Origin: Psammoneis japonica
Lineage: Eukaryota
NCBI GenBank assembly: GCA_008632985.1
Contig: QPGO01000023.1
Coordinates: 617,681-681,680 of the forward strand
Length of the DNA stretch: 64,000 nucleotides
Direction: 5' to 3'
Shown here piece after piece: positions 48,978 to 62,461 of this stretch. The notes beneath the pieces are model-generated. The model was given only the letters and a program-made list of their open reading frames with translations, was not told where the DNA came from and searched no databases. The translations under genes and the position numbers were made by a program. Positions within the stretch are counted from its first letter, which is position 1, and every line of letters begins with the position of its first letter.

Positions 48978-49913
48978 TCACTTCTTACTGCTCCCAAAAC
49001 CAGAAAACCCCATCATGGCTGCCATTGCAGGATCCATGGCTTCCGCCTCCACTTCCTCTTCCTCTTGTTGCTCTTCTTTCATTCGTTTCTTTCGTTCTGC
49101 ACGCTTTCGAGCCCGTTCTTCTTTTCGTTTCTTCTCTTCATCATCCTTAGCCATTACCATATCCTCTAGACTCGTTTCGATTTCAGGCTCTTGTGTTACT
49201 TTTTCTTGGTTCTTTTTGGCAAGCTCTGCCAATTTTGCCACAACCTCATCCTTTGTGCTTTGCTCTACACGCATTGAGTATCCCAAATTCCGTTGATGTT
49301 TGCGTCCATTGATATGATCCAAGTATGTCAGAGAGTCTTTCAAGAAGCAGTCGCACACCTTACAGTGCCATCCTACACCCAACTTTGTCACCCCATCCTG
49401 TGATGAGATACGAGATGCAAATGGAAAACGAAACATTAAGACACGAGATGTAACGAGATGTGCGCATGTGCTGGAAAACGAGATCAGTAGGAAGCTCTTG
49501 GGACCCAGAGCGCAAAAATATCTCTGCCTTTCAACAAAACACACCTTTGGAGAGACCTCGTCAGTTGCGGTAGAAGTTGTTGCCACGGCTTCAGCTGACA
49601 CTATTTCCGTTTTTCCCACCATGGATTCGAGGTCAACCTTGTTACTCCGTGCTTTGAGAAACGCTCGTTCCGATTTGTAGGGCTTTGCTGCTCCCTCGGC
49701 AGCCGGTGTAAATTCTTCCTTGAGAGGCTCCCCGTCATCATTTTCGTTTTGTAAAGGACGCTTGGGACCTCCCTTTTTTGGAGCATCGGACGAACCGCCA
49801 GCTTTCTCGGCTTCGGCTCGGGCCTTGGCACGAGCTTCATACGTCTCGAGATCCCACGTACGACGCTCTACATTGACTGCCTGTTTGTAATTCAGATTCG
49901 ATGCCATTTTCAA
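48978..49913 (-). CDS. ZMAT2: ZMAT2/Snu23 spliceosomal zinc finger; in-frame intron about 49399-49545
   Basis: RRTWD, CKVCDCFLKDSLTYLDHINGRKHQRNLG, MAAMMGFSGFG. Confidence 0.9.
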   Translation of the reverse strand: MKMASNLNYKQAVNVERRTWDLETYEARAKARAEAEKAGGSSDAPKKGGPKRPLQNENDDGEPLKEEFTPAAEGAAKPYKSERAFLKARSNKVDLESMVGKTEIVSAEAVATTSTATDEVSPKVCFVERQRYFCALGPKSFLLISFSSTCAHLVTSRVLMFRFPFASRISSQDGVTKLGVGWHCKVCDCFLKDSLTYLDHINGRKHQRNLGYSMRVEQSTKDEVVAKLAELAKKNQEKVTQEPEIETSLEDMVMAKDDEEKKRKEERARKRAERKKRMKEEQQEEEEVEAEAMDPAMAAMMGFSGFGSSKK

Positions 49914-50531
49914 TTGTTATGACGATTCTGGCGTCTCAATGGAATACGGAGATAGCAAGAGAGAAGAGAGACGTTATTGTCAGTTTGTTGTCGTCGCGTT
50001 CACAACATTTGGAGACGAGACGTCTGCGTTCTGCGTTGCGTCCCTTTTTGTTGACGAGATGCCGTGCGAAGTGCAAATCTCGAAGCTCGAGCCTCGAGCT
50101 CTATGGTGGTTGCGGTTATGAGTGCAAACTCTATCTGGATATCCTTGATGATTGTTTTGAGATGGATGCCAATGACGGAGCACAACGATAATTGATTTCA
50201 TTCATTCTCTCACGTGGACGAATCGACTGATGTGCATAACGTGGCATCCACTAATATGTGAACGTTATACCAGCGCCATTGAAGAAATCAAATGATTTCT
50301 TCTCGCTTGTCGGAACAAGGTCAAAAGAACCATAGGTGGACCGGTCGTGTGCGGCTTCAACAAACTCATTTCTGTGCTAGAGTGGCAAAAAAAGAAACAT
50401 GCCGAAAAAGAGGTATGTCGTAGGAGGATTGTATACATGCATGTAGCGTCAGAGACTTTCTAACTCTTACAGATACTGGATTCGCCCTGTCGCTCGTTCA
50501 TGTAGGTCACAAGGTATGAGTATTATGGAAA

Positions 50532-51146
50532 CTACTTGGCAGACAGTTCTGCGAGCTTGGCCTGCAACTCTTCGACACCTTTACCCTCAGGGATCTCTAC
50601 CGCTCCTTCAATCGCCACCTCGTCGGCGGTGACACTCTTTCCGTAAAAGGCTTCGTTGTACTCAGGCACGGCGCTGATAAAGTTATCGCTGATCCCAACG
50701 TTAACGTAGATGCCGTCTTCAAACATGTAGGAAAACGTGGCACCAACACCGTGGCCTCCAGCATCGAGATTTAGAGACGCTTCGCGACCATAAGGACCGG
50801 CAGCAAGCCCCAGTTGGGCGCCGAGCTGAAACTTGTTGTTGGCCGTGAGCATCTTCAAGCCATAGTTAGTCATGGGGAAGACGACAAGCTTCTTGTCTGC
50901 TTTGCCAGCGACAGCGCCGGCGCCAGCGCTAGTGTACATCAAGGCGGAGGGAGCACCCCACGAACCATCGTCGTTTCTCTTGATCAGAACTCCGTCGCCT
51001 TCGCCAAGCGAGAAGATAAATCCTACCTCCGTAATGTTGATGATGGCTGCTCCGGCGCAGTTCTTCCAAAGTCCCTTGGGAATTTCCTGCTTAGAGACAA
51101 AGTCTACCGTCTCCGTAGCGCGTCTGATGATCTCTTCCATGGTCAT
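50532..51146 (-). CDS. SYLF/Ysc84 lipid- and actin-binding domain protein, copy 1
   Basis: IPKGLWKNCAG, GEGDGVLIKRNDDGSWGAPS, LAAGPYGR, NEAFYGK. Confidence 0.82.
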   Translation of the reverse strand: MTMEEIIRRATETVDFVSKQEIPKGLWKNCAGAAIINITEVGFIFSLGEGDGVLIKRNDDGSWGAPSALMYTSAGAGAVAGKADKKLVVFPMTNYGLKMLTANNKFQLGAQLGLAAGPYGREASLNLDAGGHGVGATFSYMFEDGIYVNVGISDNFISAVPEYNEAFYGKSVTADEVAIEGAVEIPEGKGVEELQAKLAELSAK

Positions 51147-51794
51147 GGTGAAAGGCAATACCGGTAACGATTTGATTGATGATGATGTGTGGTGTCACCT
51201 GGCGAACACGGGAAGAGTTTGGAGTTCTGTTCTTTGACCTTTTAGACTTTTAGATCTTGCGCGACCAACGATTGGATCTGTCCGTTCCACTGCAATCAAT
51301 ATATTCATAGAGCACCTACGTAGGATCGATGGATCGCTACGCGCGACTGAAACTGCGAACGCGATTGACACGCTTGCTTTTGAACACACCGCTCCACATC
51401 GATGACGCGTACCCAGGGTCTCTAGCTAGTTACAGTAGTAGAAGTGGTAAAACTAGGCTGGAGAAGGCCCTTGCTTATGGCGGTGCTGAGGCGAGATGTT
51501 GCTTGGCATGTGAGAAGCTGTTTCGAAATTCCTGCCTACCTGTACTTGGCTCAAAAGATGAAGATGAGGTAGTACCTTACACATGTCTGATATTGCTAAG
51601 TAGTGGCTGCTCATTTTCACCTTCTATGATCATGCGGTAAGCACGAATTCCTACTGATAGTGTCATTAATGCTTGGAAAAAGAATACATCAAACCTCGTG
51701 GGGACGTCGAACAACTCGATTTGTCCCGATAGTCCCGACTTTCATGACTTCGAAATTGAAAGTGCACCTATTTAAAAACACAAGTCTTACAAAT

Positions 51795-52403
51795 CTACTG
51801 AGAAGACAGCTCTGCGAGCTTGGCCTGCAACTCTTCGACGCCTTTCCCCATTGGGATGTCCACGTTTCCATCAATAACGACCTCCTCAGCGGTGACACTC
51901 TTTCCGTAAAAGGCTTCATTATACTCAGGAATAGGGCTGATAGAGTTATCGTTAATACCAACACTGACATAGGTGCCGTTTTCAAACATGTAGGAAAACG
52001 TAGCTCCGACGCCATGACCTCCAGCATCGATATCGAATGACGCTTCGCGACCGTAAGGACCTACAGCTAGACCAATTTGAGCGCCGAGTTGAAACTTGTT
52101 CTTTGCTGTGAACATGTTCAAGCCATACTTGGTCATGGGGAAGAGGACAAGCTTTTTTTCTGCTTTGCCAGCGACAATGCCGGCACCGGCTCCAGCGTAC
52201 ATCAATGCGGCTGGAGCGCCCCACGAACCATCGTCGTTTCGCTTGATCAGAACTCCATCGCCTTCGCCGAGCGAAAATCCTAATCCCACCTCCGAAATGT
52301 TGATGATGGCCACTCCGGCGCAGTTCTTCCAAAGTCGCTTAGGGATTTCCTGCGTAGCGACAAAGTCAACGGTCTCCGTAGCGCGTCTGATGGTCTCCTC
52401 CAT
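51795..52403 (-). CDS. SYLF/Ysc84 domain protein, copy 2
   Basis: Close paralog with the same motifs. Confidence 0.82.
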   Translation of the reverse strand: MEETIRRATETVDFVATQEIPKRLWKNCAGVAIINISEVGLGFSLGEGDGVLIKRNDDGSWGAPAALMYAGAGAGIVAGKAEKKLVLFPMTKYGLNMFTAKNKFQLGAQIGLAVGPYGREASFDIDAGGHGVGATFSYMFENGTYVSVGINDNSISPIPEYNEAFYGKSVTAEEVVIDGNVDIPMGKGVEELQAKLAELSSQ

Positions 52404-52910
52404 GGTGACAGTTCTTTGTTCTTTATCTACTCTTTACGTTCTCTTGGATCGGTTGAATCTGTCCATTTCACAGCGATCAACGGTATGTCTTCGACGTAGA
52501 GTCAATGAACCGATCAGTAGTGGGCGCATGTACAGGCACGACGATACAGTCGAGTTAGTTAGTAGAGTCGAGTATTAGTAGAGCTACGAACTAGAGAGAC
52601 ACAAGACAGTCAAGCAGTTCACAGCTGAAAGCTGCATTGCAGCATGAAGCAACAAAGGTTTAGATCTTCTCTAAACGTCTAACGTTCGTCATGAAAGAAC
52701 ATCGGTGGATCTGAAACAGTGTGTAATCAAAACTTTATATGGTGCGGGGCTACACTTGCACCAGTGTTCCTGAAACTCATCTTTCTTAATGGTTTCTGTT
52801 TAGCAACACGAGGGTGTCCATGTGCAAGTGTCTTCCACGATTTCTCACCCATGAAAGCAATAGCGAAGTGCCGCTCGCTAATGCATCGATTTGTTTCCAG
52901 TGTTGGAAAT

Positions 52911-53543
52911 CTACTGAGAAGACAGCTCTGCCAGCTTGGCATGCAACTCTTCAACGCCTTTGCCTTCCGGAATCTCGACCACTCCGTCAAGAACAATCTC
53001 GTCAGGCGTGGCACTCTTTCCGTAAAAGGCTTCGTTGTGCTCAGGCACCGAGCGGATAAAGTTGTTGGCAATTCCAATGTTGACAAACATGCCGTCGTCA
53101 AACACGTACGAGAACGTGGCACCGACGCCATGGCCTCCAGCATCAACATCAAATGAAGCTTCGCGACCGAAAGGACCGGCAGCCAGACCAATTTGGGCGC
53201 CGAGTTGAAACTTGTTCTGTGCCGTAAGCATCTTTAAGCCGTGCTTAGTCATGGGGAAGAGAACAAGCTTCTTGTCTGCTTTCCCAGCGACAGCGCCGGC
53301 ACTGGACCCCGAGTATATCAAGGCTGAGGGAGCGCCCCACGAGCCATCGTCGTTTCGCTTGATTAAAACCCCATCGCCCTCGCCGAGCGAAAACAAAAGT
53401 CCCTCCTCCTTGTAGGTAATGATGGCCACTCCCGCGCAGTTCTTCCAGAGTCCCTTGGGGATTTCCTGCTTAGAGACAAAGTCTACGGTCTCCGTAGCGC
53501 GTCTGATGGTCTCTTCCATTTTCATTGTGAATTCGTGTTGCAT
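52911..53543 (-). CDS. SYLF/Ysc84 domain protein, copy 3
   Basis: Close paralog; start codon uncertain (MQHEFTMKMEETIRR). Confidence 0.82.
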   Translation of the reverse strand: MQHEFTMKMEETIRRATETVDFVSKQEIPKGLWKNCAGVAIITYKEEGLLFSLGEGDGVLIKRNDDGSWGAPSALIYSGSSAGAVAGKADKKLVLFPMTKHGLKMLTAQNKFQLGAQIGLAAGPFGREASFDVDAGGHGVGATFSYVFDDGMFVNIGIANNFIRSVPEHNEAFYGKSATPDEIVLDGVVEIPEGKGVEELHAKLAELSSQ

Positions 53544-54106
53544 CTTTCTGTAAAACGCCGAAACAATCTCTGTACAAGGGTCATATGAATACCGTACACA
53601 ACAGGCTTCGATGTGGAGAGGAAAAAAAGAGGAGTCGCGCAAAATAAGGTTGGAATCAGGATGGATCATAGGTTGGATCTGTCCATTCCACGATGATCAA
53701 CACTGAATCCTACAGTACGAGGGTTAGATCGGCGCGCCACACGGCCGCGGATGCGTGCGCGACATGCTACAGTGAGAGCTCACTCGGCCAACGGCGGGAT
53801 GTGGATATTCCTATGCCAAGGACGTTGGTCTCTAGGCCCTACTAACTATTGCATTGCCCCGTTGCTTTTCATTCGTTGAGCTGGTATGTCTCTCTTCGTT
53901 TCTCTATCTAGAGTAACGCTTCAGTACTGTATAATGACACTCTCGTCGGCCGCGAAACTTTTTCCATGAAAGGCATGATCACTTAGAAAGTAAAGTTGAT
54001 TCAGACGTTGGAAACGAGTGCATGATCACATGGCATTCATATTCCTGGTCTCTAGCGTTGGCTTGCTAAAGATAACCAAACAAAACAACTCCTTCGTAGT
54101 CCAAGT

Positions 54107-57100
54107 TCACAGCAACTCCAACGCCTTGCAAAGCTCAATTGCTTCCATTTCGGTTTCACGGAGCCGGTGGCGTTCAAATGTGTGCGGACAATCTATGCAT
54201 GAACAGTTTGCAAGCGGAGTGACAACCCCTGGAGCTTTGTTGTGCGAAGCCTCTGAACGACGTGTGCCTCTAGTGTCATTGCATTGGCGGAGAGAGGCAA
54301 ACGTCTCCGGGCTTTCAAAGCATCCATTGCATCTGCTGCATATACCTGCAACCTTATGAGCCTCCTGCTGGGCATTGTTCAGGCGCAACATGGCGGTGTG
54401 AGCTGCCTGAATACCATCTTTTCGGCAATCTGCACAAACGACCGCTTTTGCTTTTCCGTTCGCTCTACATTTCGCACCACATAGACTGCACATGTCACTG
54501 CCAAAGTAAGATGAAATCATTTGATTGCTTCCAGTCTTGGTGATGGGCCAGAAGTGAATGCGAGTTCGTACTTTCGGACATGCCTCATACCAGGAATTAA
54601 TGTTCACATTGAATGGTGCTAGTCCAAGGCATCGCTGGAGCGCTGCATTGACGTGTTTCGTTATGTAGTATCCAGCATGGAGAGAGTAAGCATCCCACTG
54701 TTCAAGCAACTCCATCGGCGTGAGCACACAGTCACGCAAGCGCCAGTTGGACCCTGGCGTTGAAACAATTACATATGCGAGACGCTCTTTGTGACGAACA
54801 ATTCGTCCAGGGTCGGCTTCAGAGAGGCGACGTGCAAGCGCAGCCTGTACTGGGCCAATTCTCCCGCCTCTATATTTGCTCCTCACCCTACCCGTCAAGA
54901 TGAAGTCAGACACTGGCAGTCGTCCAGCACGAATAAGTGACCATTGACGACACAGATATGCATTGACTGCATCTAAGCCACTCTTAAACAGGGTGATGAG
55001 CGCATTTCGAAGTACCTTTTGTGTCAAAGCACATTGATCTCGACGAACTGTTTCGATCCCTTTTGCCTCAAAGGTCGGCTTTCTTTGATGGGCCGAATCA
55101 TACTTCATTCCGCAGTATTTCTTTTTCTGGGATAAGTAGAGCGGAATGGGTGGTGCGTGAGTGGCTGCTCTGCAGTACGCGAAGAAAAAGCTATCACGTA
55201 CCGTCTGCATCATTGACGCTCCATACACTTTTTCAAGCTTTAGTTGAACCGGTGGTGGATTCGAAGCTGTAACGGCCTTGCATAAAGCCTCGCCAAACTC
55301 AAAGGCTTCTTTCACTGATCGGCGAGGAAGCTTGATAAAGAGAGAATCGGTATCACCATAAATGACGTTCGCGCCGCTCCACTTTCCATTCTTCTCCCTT
55401 CCCCATGTATTTGCAAGGTCAATGGCATTTCGAAGAGTCTTTCTACCGCATTCAACGATTGCATCGGCGACAAGAGGCATCGCGCATCTTCCGGAAAAGG
55501 TCGCGGAGGTGTCTAGAGAAAAAACGAGTGAGCATCGAAAATCGAATTACAGCGGTAAATAAATTGCTGCACAATTCTGACTCACATCCATACGTGACAT
55601 TTGCGACATATTTCAGTGCCAACTGACGAGCTTCAAGCTGCCTCTGTACAGAGGGGGCAAGATCGGGAACAAGGCGTTTGTATTCTTTCAGAGCCTTTTT
55701 CAACATTGCACGTGTACTTAGTAACTCATCCAACACCTGTGGAAGAACTCCTTTCAAAACAGACTCGGCAACAAATATGGTGCCAGTTGGAACAGCATAG
55801 GCACGATCGTTGAGTCGTCGTTTGTTTGCTGCCGCCTTTGAAGATACACACGAAGAAAGGGACTTCATGTGGTGAGCAAGAACCGTTGCGGTGCGACTTT
55901 CTGGGTAGGCAAAAGGACCTAGCCGCTTTGTAGTCTGCCCCAAACGATGCATCTCTCTTCGCGTGCTGTGATACTCTAGACGACCGGCACATGTTGCGTA
56001 ACAAAGATTGTATGCGATGACCAGCGACGGATAAAGAGCTGTGAAATCACACACGACCACCGGATCGTGGTAAACACCGGACTCGGGCTCGAGAGTAAGT
56101 GCTTGGCACTCAAGTGCTTCTTGTCGCCCTGTGTCTTCCCCAGAGGGCGAGAAGAAAAAGTAACATCTGTCTTCTTCTTTTCTAACGTCACTCTTGTTAC
56201 ACGTAGCATTGCGTATTTCGGCTGCAAGCTTTCTTCTGAGCTTCCACGGGCTTTGTGTCTGCGATACACTCTCGCTACTCAAACTGGAACCAGGATCAGT
56301 TCCTGTGCTTTCGTTCTTGTCGGAGAACGGATTGATCTGTTCACCTTTTTTCGACCCTCTTTCATCTGACTGTATACTTTGTAAAGCTCGAAGTAGAACG
56401 CCTTCAACTTTGTACTGACTGCCACGAATACCCGGGAAACTTTGTGAAAATTCGACTCCACTCAGCCTGGCAGCCTCGCCAGCTCTACCAACAACATCCA
56501 ACGCGTCAAAAAGAAGAAGGCACGCAACTCCTTGGCAAAGTCGATGCTGCAGAACTCTCCACCTGTCTCTTCCATTGTTGCCACCGTACCACGCCGAGAG
56601 GACCAAATCATCGTGGTACGGGATTCGTTTGTTCAGAACAGTAGCGACCATCGCCGGTAAGTAGGAAGCATTGGGATGTTTAACTTCCTCGGCAACAATT
56701 TTCCATCCACAAAACACCAGCCTTCCTGAAATGGAAGCTGCGGCAGCACCCGGGCCGACTCTATCGTCCCATTCCCTTCCAAGGCCACTGCCGGCCCACT
56801 GATGATCCCATTTGGTTGATTCGTCCTTTGACACCGTTGCACTGGGCTGGTCATCTTTAGAAACATCTTTCCAGGCGGCGCTTGGTTTTGCTCGTGGAGT
56901 TCGACCCAGGAGACGTACCATATCCACTTCGGAAGAGTTAGTGGCCGTCGTGTCGCTTCTCACCAAGGAATCGTTCCCTTGTTTCCCTAGTAATGCGCCA
57001 CGTTCAATTATATATCCCAAACCCGCACCTTGAGTATCCCAAGAAAGGAGCATATCAGGATCTTTCAATCTGACGATTGAAGCGAGCCTCAGGAGAAGAT

Positions 57101-60100
57101 GACGTTCATTACGAACAGGCTCCACATTAACATCCGAAGCTATTCCAAATGACTTCTGGAGCATGCTTGTTACCATTCTCTTTTCGTCACTATAGAGTGG
57201 TTCTTTCTCAACAGGAACAAAGATGCATCCGCGTTCTGCAATGTCAATGGCCTCTCCTCCTCCGGGATCTTCCCCAAAAACGTATACCACTGCAAATATC
57301 CTGTCTTTCTCCGAGTTTGGTTTCATTGCGATCTCCTTCGAGTCGTTGATTCCTGCCTTACCGGTGCGACACTGAACATGGATTTCAATGGACATTATGG
57401 AGAGAGGCATCGGGAGATCGTAGGAAGATGATAGCTTTTTCACTTCAGAACAGGCCGAAAGTTGAGCTCGATCACCGTTCAGACCAGTGTTCAAGCGCGT
57501 TGCAGCTTTCAATCCTCCGCCACCTTCGACGTAAATGCGTCCACCAATCTGGCCTATGCCATCTAACGCCTGCGGTGTCTCTGTGACATCCAATTGGGAC
57601 CTGGTAAGGTTTTCAGATCGTCCAGCTGGAGACTCGCTTAGAAAATCGCCGTGTCCATTTTGTCGGTTTCCGGCGATATTACATGCTGAGGATGCTCTCA
57701 TTGAGGGAGACAACTCTTTCTCTGAAACCGCATTTTCACTTGGTGACAGGGAGAGGGAAAGCTGTTGGCTTTGACTTTGACTCGGAATATCATCGCGGGC
57801 TGTCCACTCAACCTCTTCTATTTCTTGAACGCCAAGGACCTCCTGGTGATCTTGACGCCCGGATGCCGGCAGGGCGGTGAGTTTCCTTGAGTTCTCATCT
57901 ATTCTCAAGTTCATCGGCCCTTTAGCTGTTCTCCGGTTAGGATTATCTGACACATTCTTGTGTCGTTTCGATTCTCCACAGATATTTTCCCCTCGCTTTC
58001 TCTTCTTTCTTATCCACGTCTCAACAAGTCTTCTAGTTGGCGGCGCATCGACTGTTTCCAAATACCCACCACGAACTTGCAATCCGTTTGGGCGCAGCAT
58101 TGCTTCTGGTGGCGTTGGTGTCTCTGTTCGTTGACGGTTGACGACAGAATCTAAGCCAACTAAGGCTGGTGCTGTCGTGTAAGATGAGGGATGAATGTGT
58201 TCAGCTGGGCTTTCGAGACCTTCCGTATCCCTGCGTGTTTCCAAAAGACGTTCACTTCCATCTGGATTCCTAGAAGAAAGCAATGTATCATTTAGTGCAA
58301 CATGTGGTTCTTCGATGCTTTCAGAGCTTGCTCCAACGTCATCGGACGGAGACATGACTCCAGAGTCAGCAGAAGAATTTGAGAAATGACTTTGCTGTTC
58401 AAGTACTTGGGTCAGTAAGCCGCAGCTTGACTGTGGGGATGCGACAGACTCATCATCCATCGTACTGCTCTCTCCGTCATCGTCCGTTTCAATGCCTTCA
58501 TTCACCCTTGCTTGGATTCCACCGCCTTCGTAAGACGATATATCACTCTCTAGAGACTGGCGCGCATCATCGTTTTCCATCGCCGTCGCCGACAATGTCT
58601 GCCTAAAATCTTCTTCGTCCATGTGATTATCATCTACAAGAAAGCCGTCGTCTTCGATATCTTCTGGGTCTTCGTACGGGGTCAGTGTGTGCGGGTTGAT
58701 AAATTCTTCTACATGATAGACGGCGGAGCCTTCCTGCGTTATCAATTCAGCAACACTGTCTCCCCGGTCTAATCTCTGACTCAATTCCAATTCATCTTCA
58801 ATACTCAGTTGGGGGTCATCGCTCAATGAATGCTGCACGTCATCTGAGTTTTGAGTCAACGGGGGCGATCTCTCGTCTCGTGCTAGTCTTGGAGGCGACT
58901 GCGCATCATTTCGATTTGAAAAGGTCATTTTTGGAACATCTTGCGCTGACTCGAACTGAGCTTCAAGAGCTCCAAGTGCATTCAGCGCTTCGTCCTCAGT
59001 TGGTGTCAAGTTCAAGCCGTTTTTGGTGGATGCTTCAACATTCGTCGTTGTCTTCGAGGAGCGTTTCCGTAGTCTGGCGTCAGCAACGGATACAGATCTT
59101 GAATGCTTCTCGACAATGTCCTTCATTGCTCTACGGAAATCTTCCTCCGTACCTCTTACCGTCTGAAAGAGCCTACTCATTCCGGCGACCGCAAGCTTGG
59201 TACCAGGAACCGACGCGCCTTTCTTCACGTTGAGCGTGAATGGAGGCGTTGTTTGTGCAGCACTTTCGGGTGTTTGCTTGCTGAGAAAATCATCCTTTGG
59301 CTGTAGCAATGATGCCATGCGTTGTCGTTCCTGTCTCCAAATTTCCCTTAGACTTGGCACGGCTCTCCAATGAATTTTTTGCCTTTCCGTTGGGCTATCC
59401 GGCAAATGTGTCATTACACTCCGAACGTTCAGAATATGTTGGACGCTTGTGTCGATTTCCAAATCGCAACTAGTTTCCTTTCTTTGACAATGGCTGGTCT
59501 CCGCATTGCCATGATTATTCTGAAATCTGTCATGGTTAGATCGAGACGCATATGGAGTATTGCCGTGTCCTGAGTATGCGGAGTTTTCCCACAGCAACTC
59601 GGCCGGAACGTTGCTCGCAACAAAGGTTTTTTCATCCAACCGTGAATGCTCCGGTATTCTAGATTTGTTTGGTCGTCGAGCTGACTTTGGCATTGGTGAA
59701 CGGAAACGACCGTCTGAAACTTGGATATAAGCCATACCAGAGAGATTGTAATCCTTGAAAAACTGCATTGTGTAGGGAATATGAGCTTCGTAGCAGTGAA
59801 ACTTCAAAACGTCAGCGTCGCTCTGGATATGTTCTTGCGGCTGTGCATGGACTGACGGCACCAATTCGGCGTCATACTGCTGCGGGTCAGGATGGTAGGA
59901 CATTGGCACCTCGAGCCCTTTTTCCAAAGTTCGTTTGACCAGCCACTTGAGTTTTGGATTGTAGTATTCTACTCTAAGAAACGGAGCGGGAGGTCCGGGA
60001 CAGTACGTGTAAAAGCCACGTCCACACACTATTGTAATCTTCCGAATAAAGCGTGGTGCTTTTCTCAGTTCGGTGTTTTGCTTCGCATTCCTGCCATCGT

Positions 60101-60713
60101 CTCTGTTTGTCATGTTGAGCTCGTAGGCTTGCAAAGACGTCTCTAGAATGGATTGCAGATCCGGAACAATACGATTCACCGACTCGGCGTCATCCCAATC
60201 CACATACCCCGACGAAGATAGTTGCGAAGGCAAGTGAGACGCATGATGAAGAGATCCGTCCGGTCCTGCCACGACAGGTCGTGCCAACAAGTAGGGGAAG
60301 GCTCCATGGATGTAGAGACATGCCGATTGAATAGGTCTTTCCGTGTCACCACCACGAATCAGTGGTCCAAAGACACGCAGAACGGGTACTAGTAGTTCAG
60401 AATTCGCCTTTTCAGCCTGCTGCGAGACCTCTTGAAATTCTTCTGGTTCCATGGGAGATGGAGGTACCATGTCATGATCCACAACCACATTGAGAACAGA
60501 CAACAACGGCGTACTATCGTTTGAAGTCGATGATGTCTGGGAAGAAAGTTGACTCTCCTCAGCGGAAGTTTCGTACAGTCCAATCTGACGCCTATCTCGT
60601 AGCTCATTCAACAGTCGAGAGGGTGTGTCATCTGGGCTAAAATCTGGTTGTGTAAAGGGGACTGGCGAATCCACACGCTCATCTAGAGAGGAATCATCAT
60701 CGATTGTGTCCAT
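54107..60713 (-). CDS. REV3: DNA polymerase zeta catalytic subunit; introns about 55514-55585 and 55128-55201
   Basis: HGAFPY, YEAHIPYTMQFFKDYNL, RGSQYKVE, DFTALYPS, RQLALKYVANVTYG/YTSATFSGR, YGDTDS, KGIETVRRD, C-terminal Cys clusters. Confidence 0.93.
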
Positions 60714-61378
60714 GACGCAATTTATCTTTATTCGTCGCTTACAGGTTTCTGAGGCTCTCTGACTGAACACTATACGCTCATTCGATCTATTGGGGAGCAC
60801 GAGAGCATATCAATAGGTTGCTGGTGGTGTTGGCGCTGGCGCCATTGTCAACGCAGCGGCGGAGGGAAGTTTGAGAGAAAGGAGAAAGTCGATCAACTTT
60901 TGATGTTATTGTGGTCTGTCAATCTGCCCGAAAATTACGAGCTCCCATTAGCTCGAAATGCAAGAACGGTCGTCTGCGTGCATGGCTGGCGCGGAGACGT
61001 CAGCAAAAAATGGCGGGAAACGACGTCAGATCGACGTGTGTGACTGCGGCGCCATAATTTCGAACGGAAAAGCCCCGCGTTCCAAGCAGCGGCACGTAGG
61101 GTTTGTACCAATATCTACGTACAATTCCTTCGGATCACGGCGCTTCAACAGCAACAGAAAACGAAAGGTTGGCCGAGGCGTCAACAAAGCAGCGGCAGCT
61201 GTTGCAGTCGCAAGTTGTTAGCTGTTGACATCGTGTCGCGGTGAATGCTTTCAGCTGTCGGTGGCACCTGAGAAGTTGCAAATCAGTTTTTTTAACTGTG
61301 ACGTGAAAAACTTGCTCAGTTCACATAGCATCGTAAGCTTCACATTTTTCGGCGAACAGAGCGTGTCAGAAAAGAAAA

Positions 61379-62461
61379 ATGAGGTCAGCAACTGTTCTTT
61401 CCGCGGCTTTATGCATAAGTAGCGCTGCCGCCTTTGCTCCTGGAGCTCCTTTTAATGTTGTTCATAATGTCATGCCTTATCCCAATACCCTGATATCATC
61501 CACGGGACACGGTAAAATGTATATTTCAAGATCGGTTTCTTGCGCGAGTGCAGTGGCGCCCGGGTCTGTTGTGGAAGAAATTGTGAATGACGAGCCAATA
61601 GCGTTCGAGGCGGAACTAGAACAAGCGGTCCAACCTCAAGAAGTGGTTGCCACTGAAGCTGAACCAGATATGCAAACCAAGCTTATAAATGCGAGTCTGT
61701 TGATTGTATGTTTTGGCTATGCTCTGTATACAATTCTAAACATTGATCACGGTATGACAAGAGGCTGGTCTCAGTCGGAAATCGCTATGCGTATTCCGCT
61801 GGACAATTGGAACGTGTACGAATCTGCTCTCTCGGAAAAGCCCGTCGAGACAAAGACGGCCATTAATGTGATTATTTACCTACTTGGAGATTGGCTCAGT
61901 CAAACCATCTTTGCCAAGAAGAACGCATTGGACTTTGATGCCAAACGGACGTTGCGAAATGGCTTTATTGGGTTGTGCTTTGGACCATTGGTGGCATTGT
62001 ATTATGAATGGAGTGACTATATACTACCCGTTGAAGCTGGCTTGTGGAATCGTGTACAAAAGATCTTTATGGATCAAACGCTGTACTTGAGTGTCAAGTG
62101 CAGTTTGTATATAATGGCTGTTGGACTTTTGGGAGGTGATGACGTTGAGACGGTAAAGGGTAATGTGAAGGAGCGAATTGTACCAATCATGTTTACTGCG
62201 TGGAAGTTCTGGCCTCTTGTTCATTGTATTACATATGGAGTTATTCCTGCGAGGCATCGAATCCTCTGGGTGAATTCGGTTGATTTGGTTTGGAACGCCA
62301 TTTTAGCAAGCGCCGCTCGGGGTGACACACCAGGAGAAGACGAAGTAGACCAAGAAATACCGGTTCAGAAGTTCATCGCGTCCGATGAAGAAGAAGTTTC
62401 TCATGCGGAAACAACAGAATCGTTTTCTCCCGTCGCCGTAGTGGAAGGAGACACCCTCTGA
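61379..62461 (+). CDS. Mpv17/PMP22 family membrane protein with bipartite plastid-targeting presequence
   Basis: Signal peptide ending SSAAA-FAP; GDWLSQ, KIFMDQT, WKFWPLVH, WVNSVDLVWNAIL. Confidence 0.85.
   Translation: MRSATVLSAALCISSAAAFAPGAPFNVVHNVMPYPNTLISSTGHGKMYISRSVSCASAVAPGSVVEEIVNDEPIAFEAELEQAVQPQEVVATEAEPDMQTKLINASLLIVCFGYALYTILNIDHGMTRGWSQSEIAMRIPLDNWNVYESALSEKPVETKTAINVIIYLLGDWLSQTIFAKKNALDFDAKRTLRNGFIGLCFGPLVALYYEWSDYILPVEAGLWNRVQKIFMDQTLYLSVKCSLYIMAVGLLGGDDVETVKGNVKERIVPIMFTAWKFWPLVHCITYGVIPARHRILWVNSVDLVWNAILASAARGDTPGEDEVDQEIPVQKFIASDEEEVSHAETTESFSPVAVVEGDTL

Noticed and set aside
1..60713. Pol eta and REV3 in the same window as the hypermutated blocks
   Set aside because: They are more than 50 kb apart among unrelated housekeeping genes. 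Linkage in a eukaryote gives no evidence of causation.
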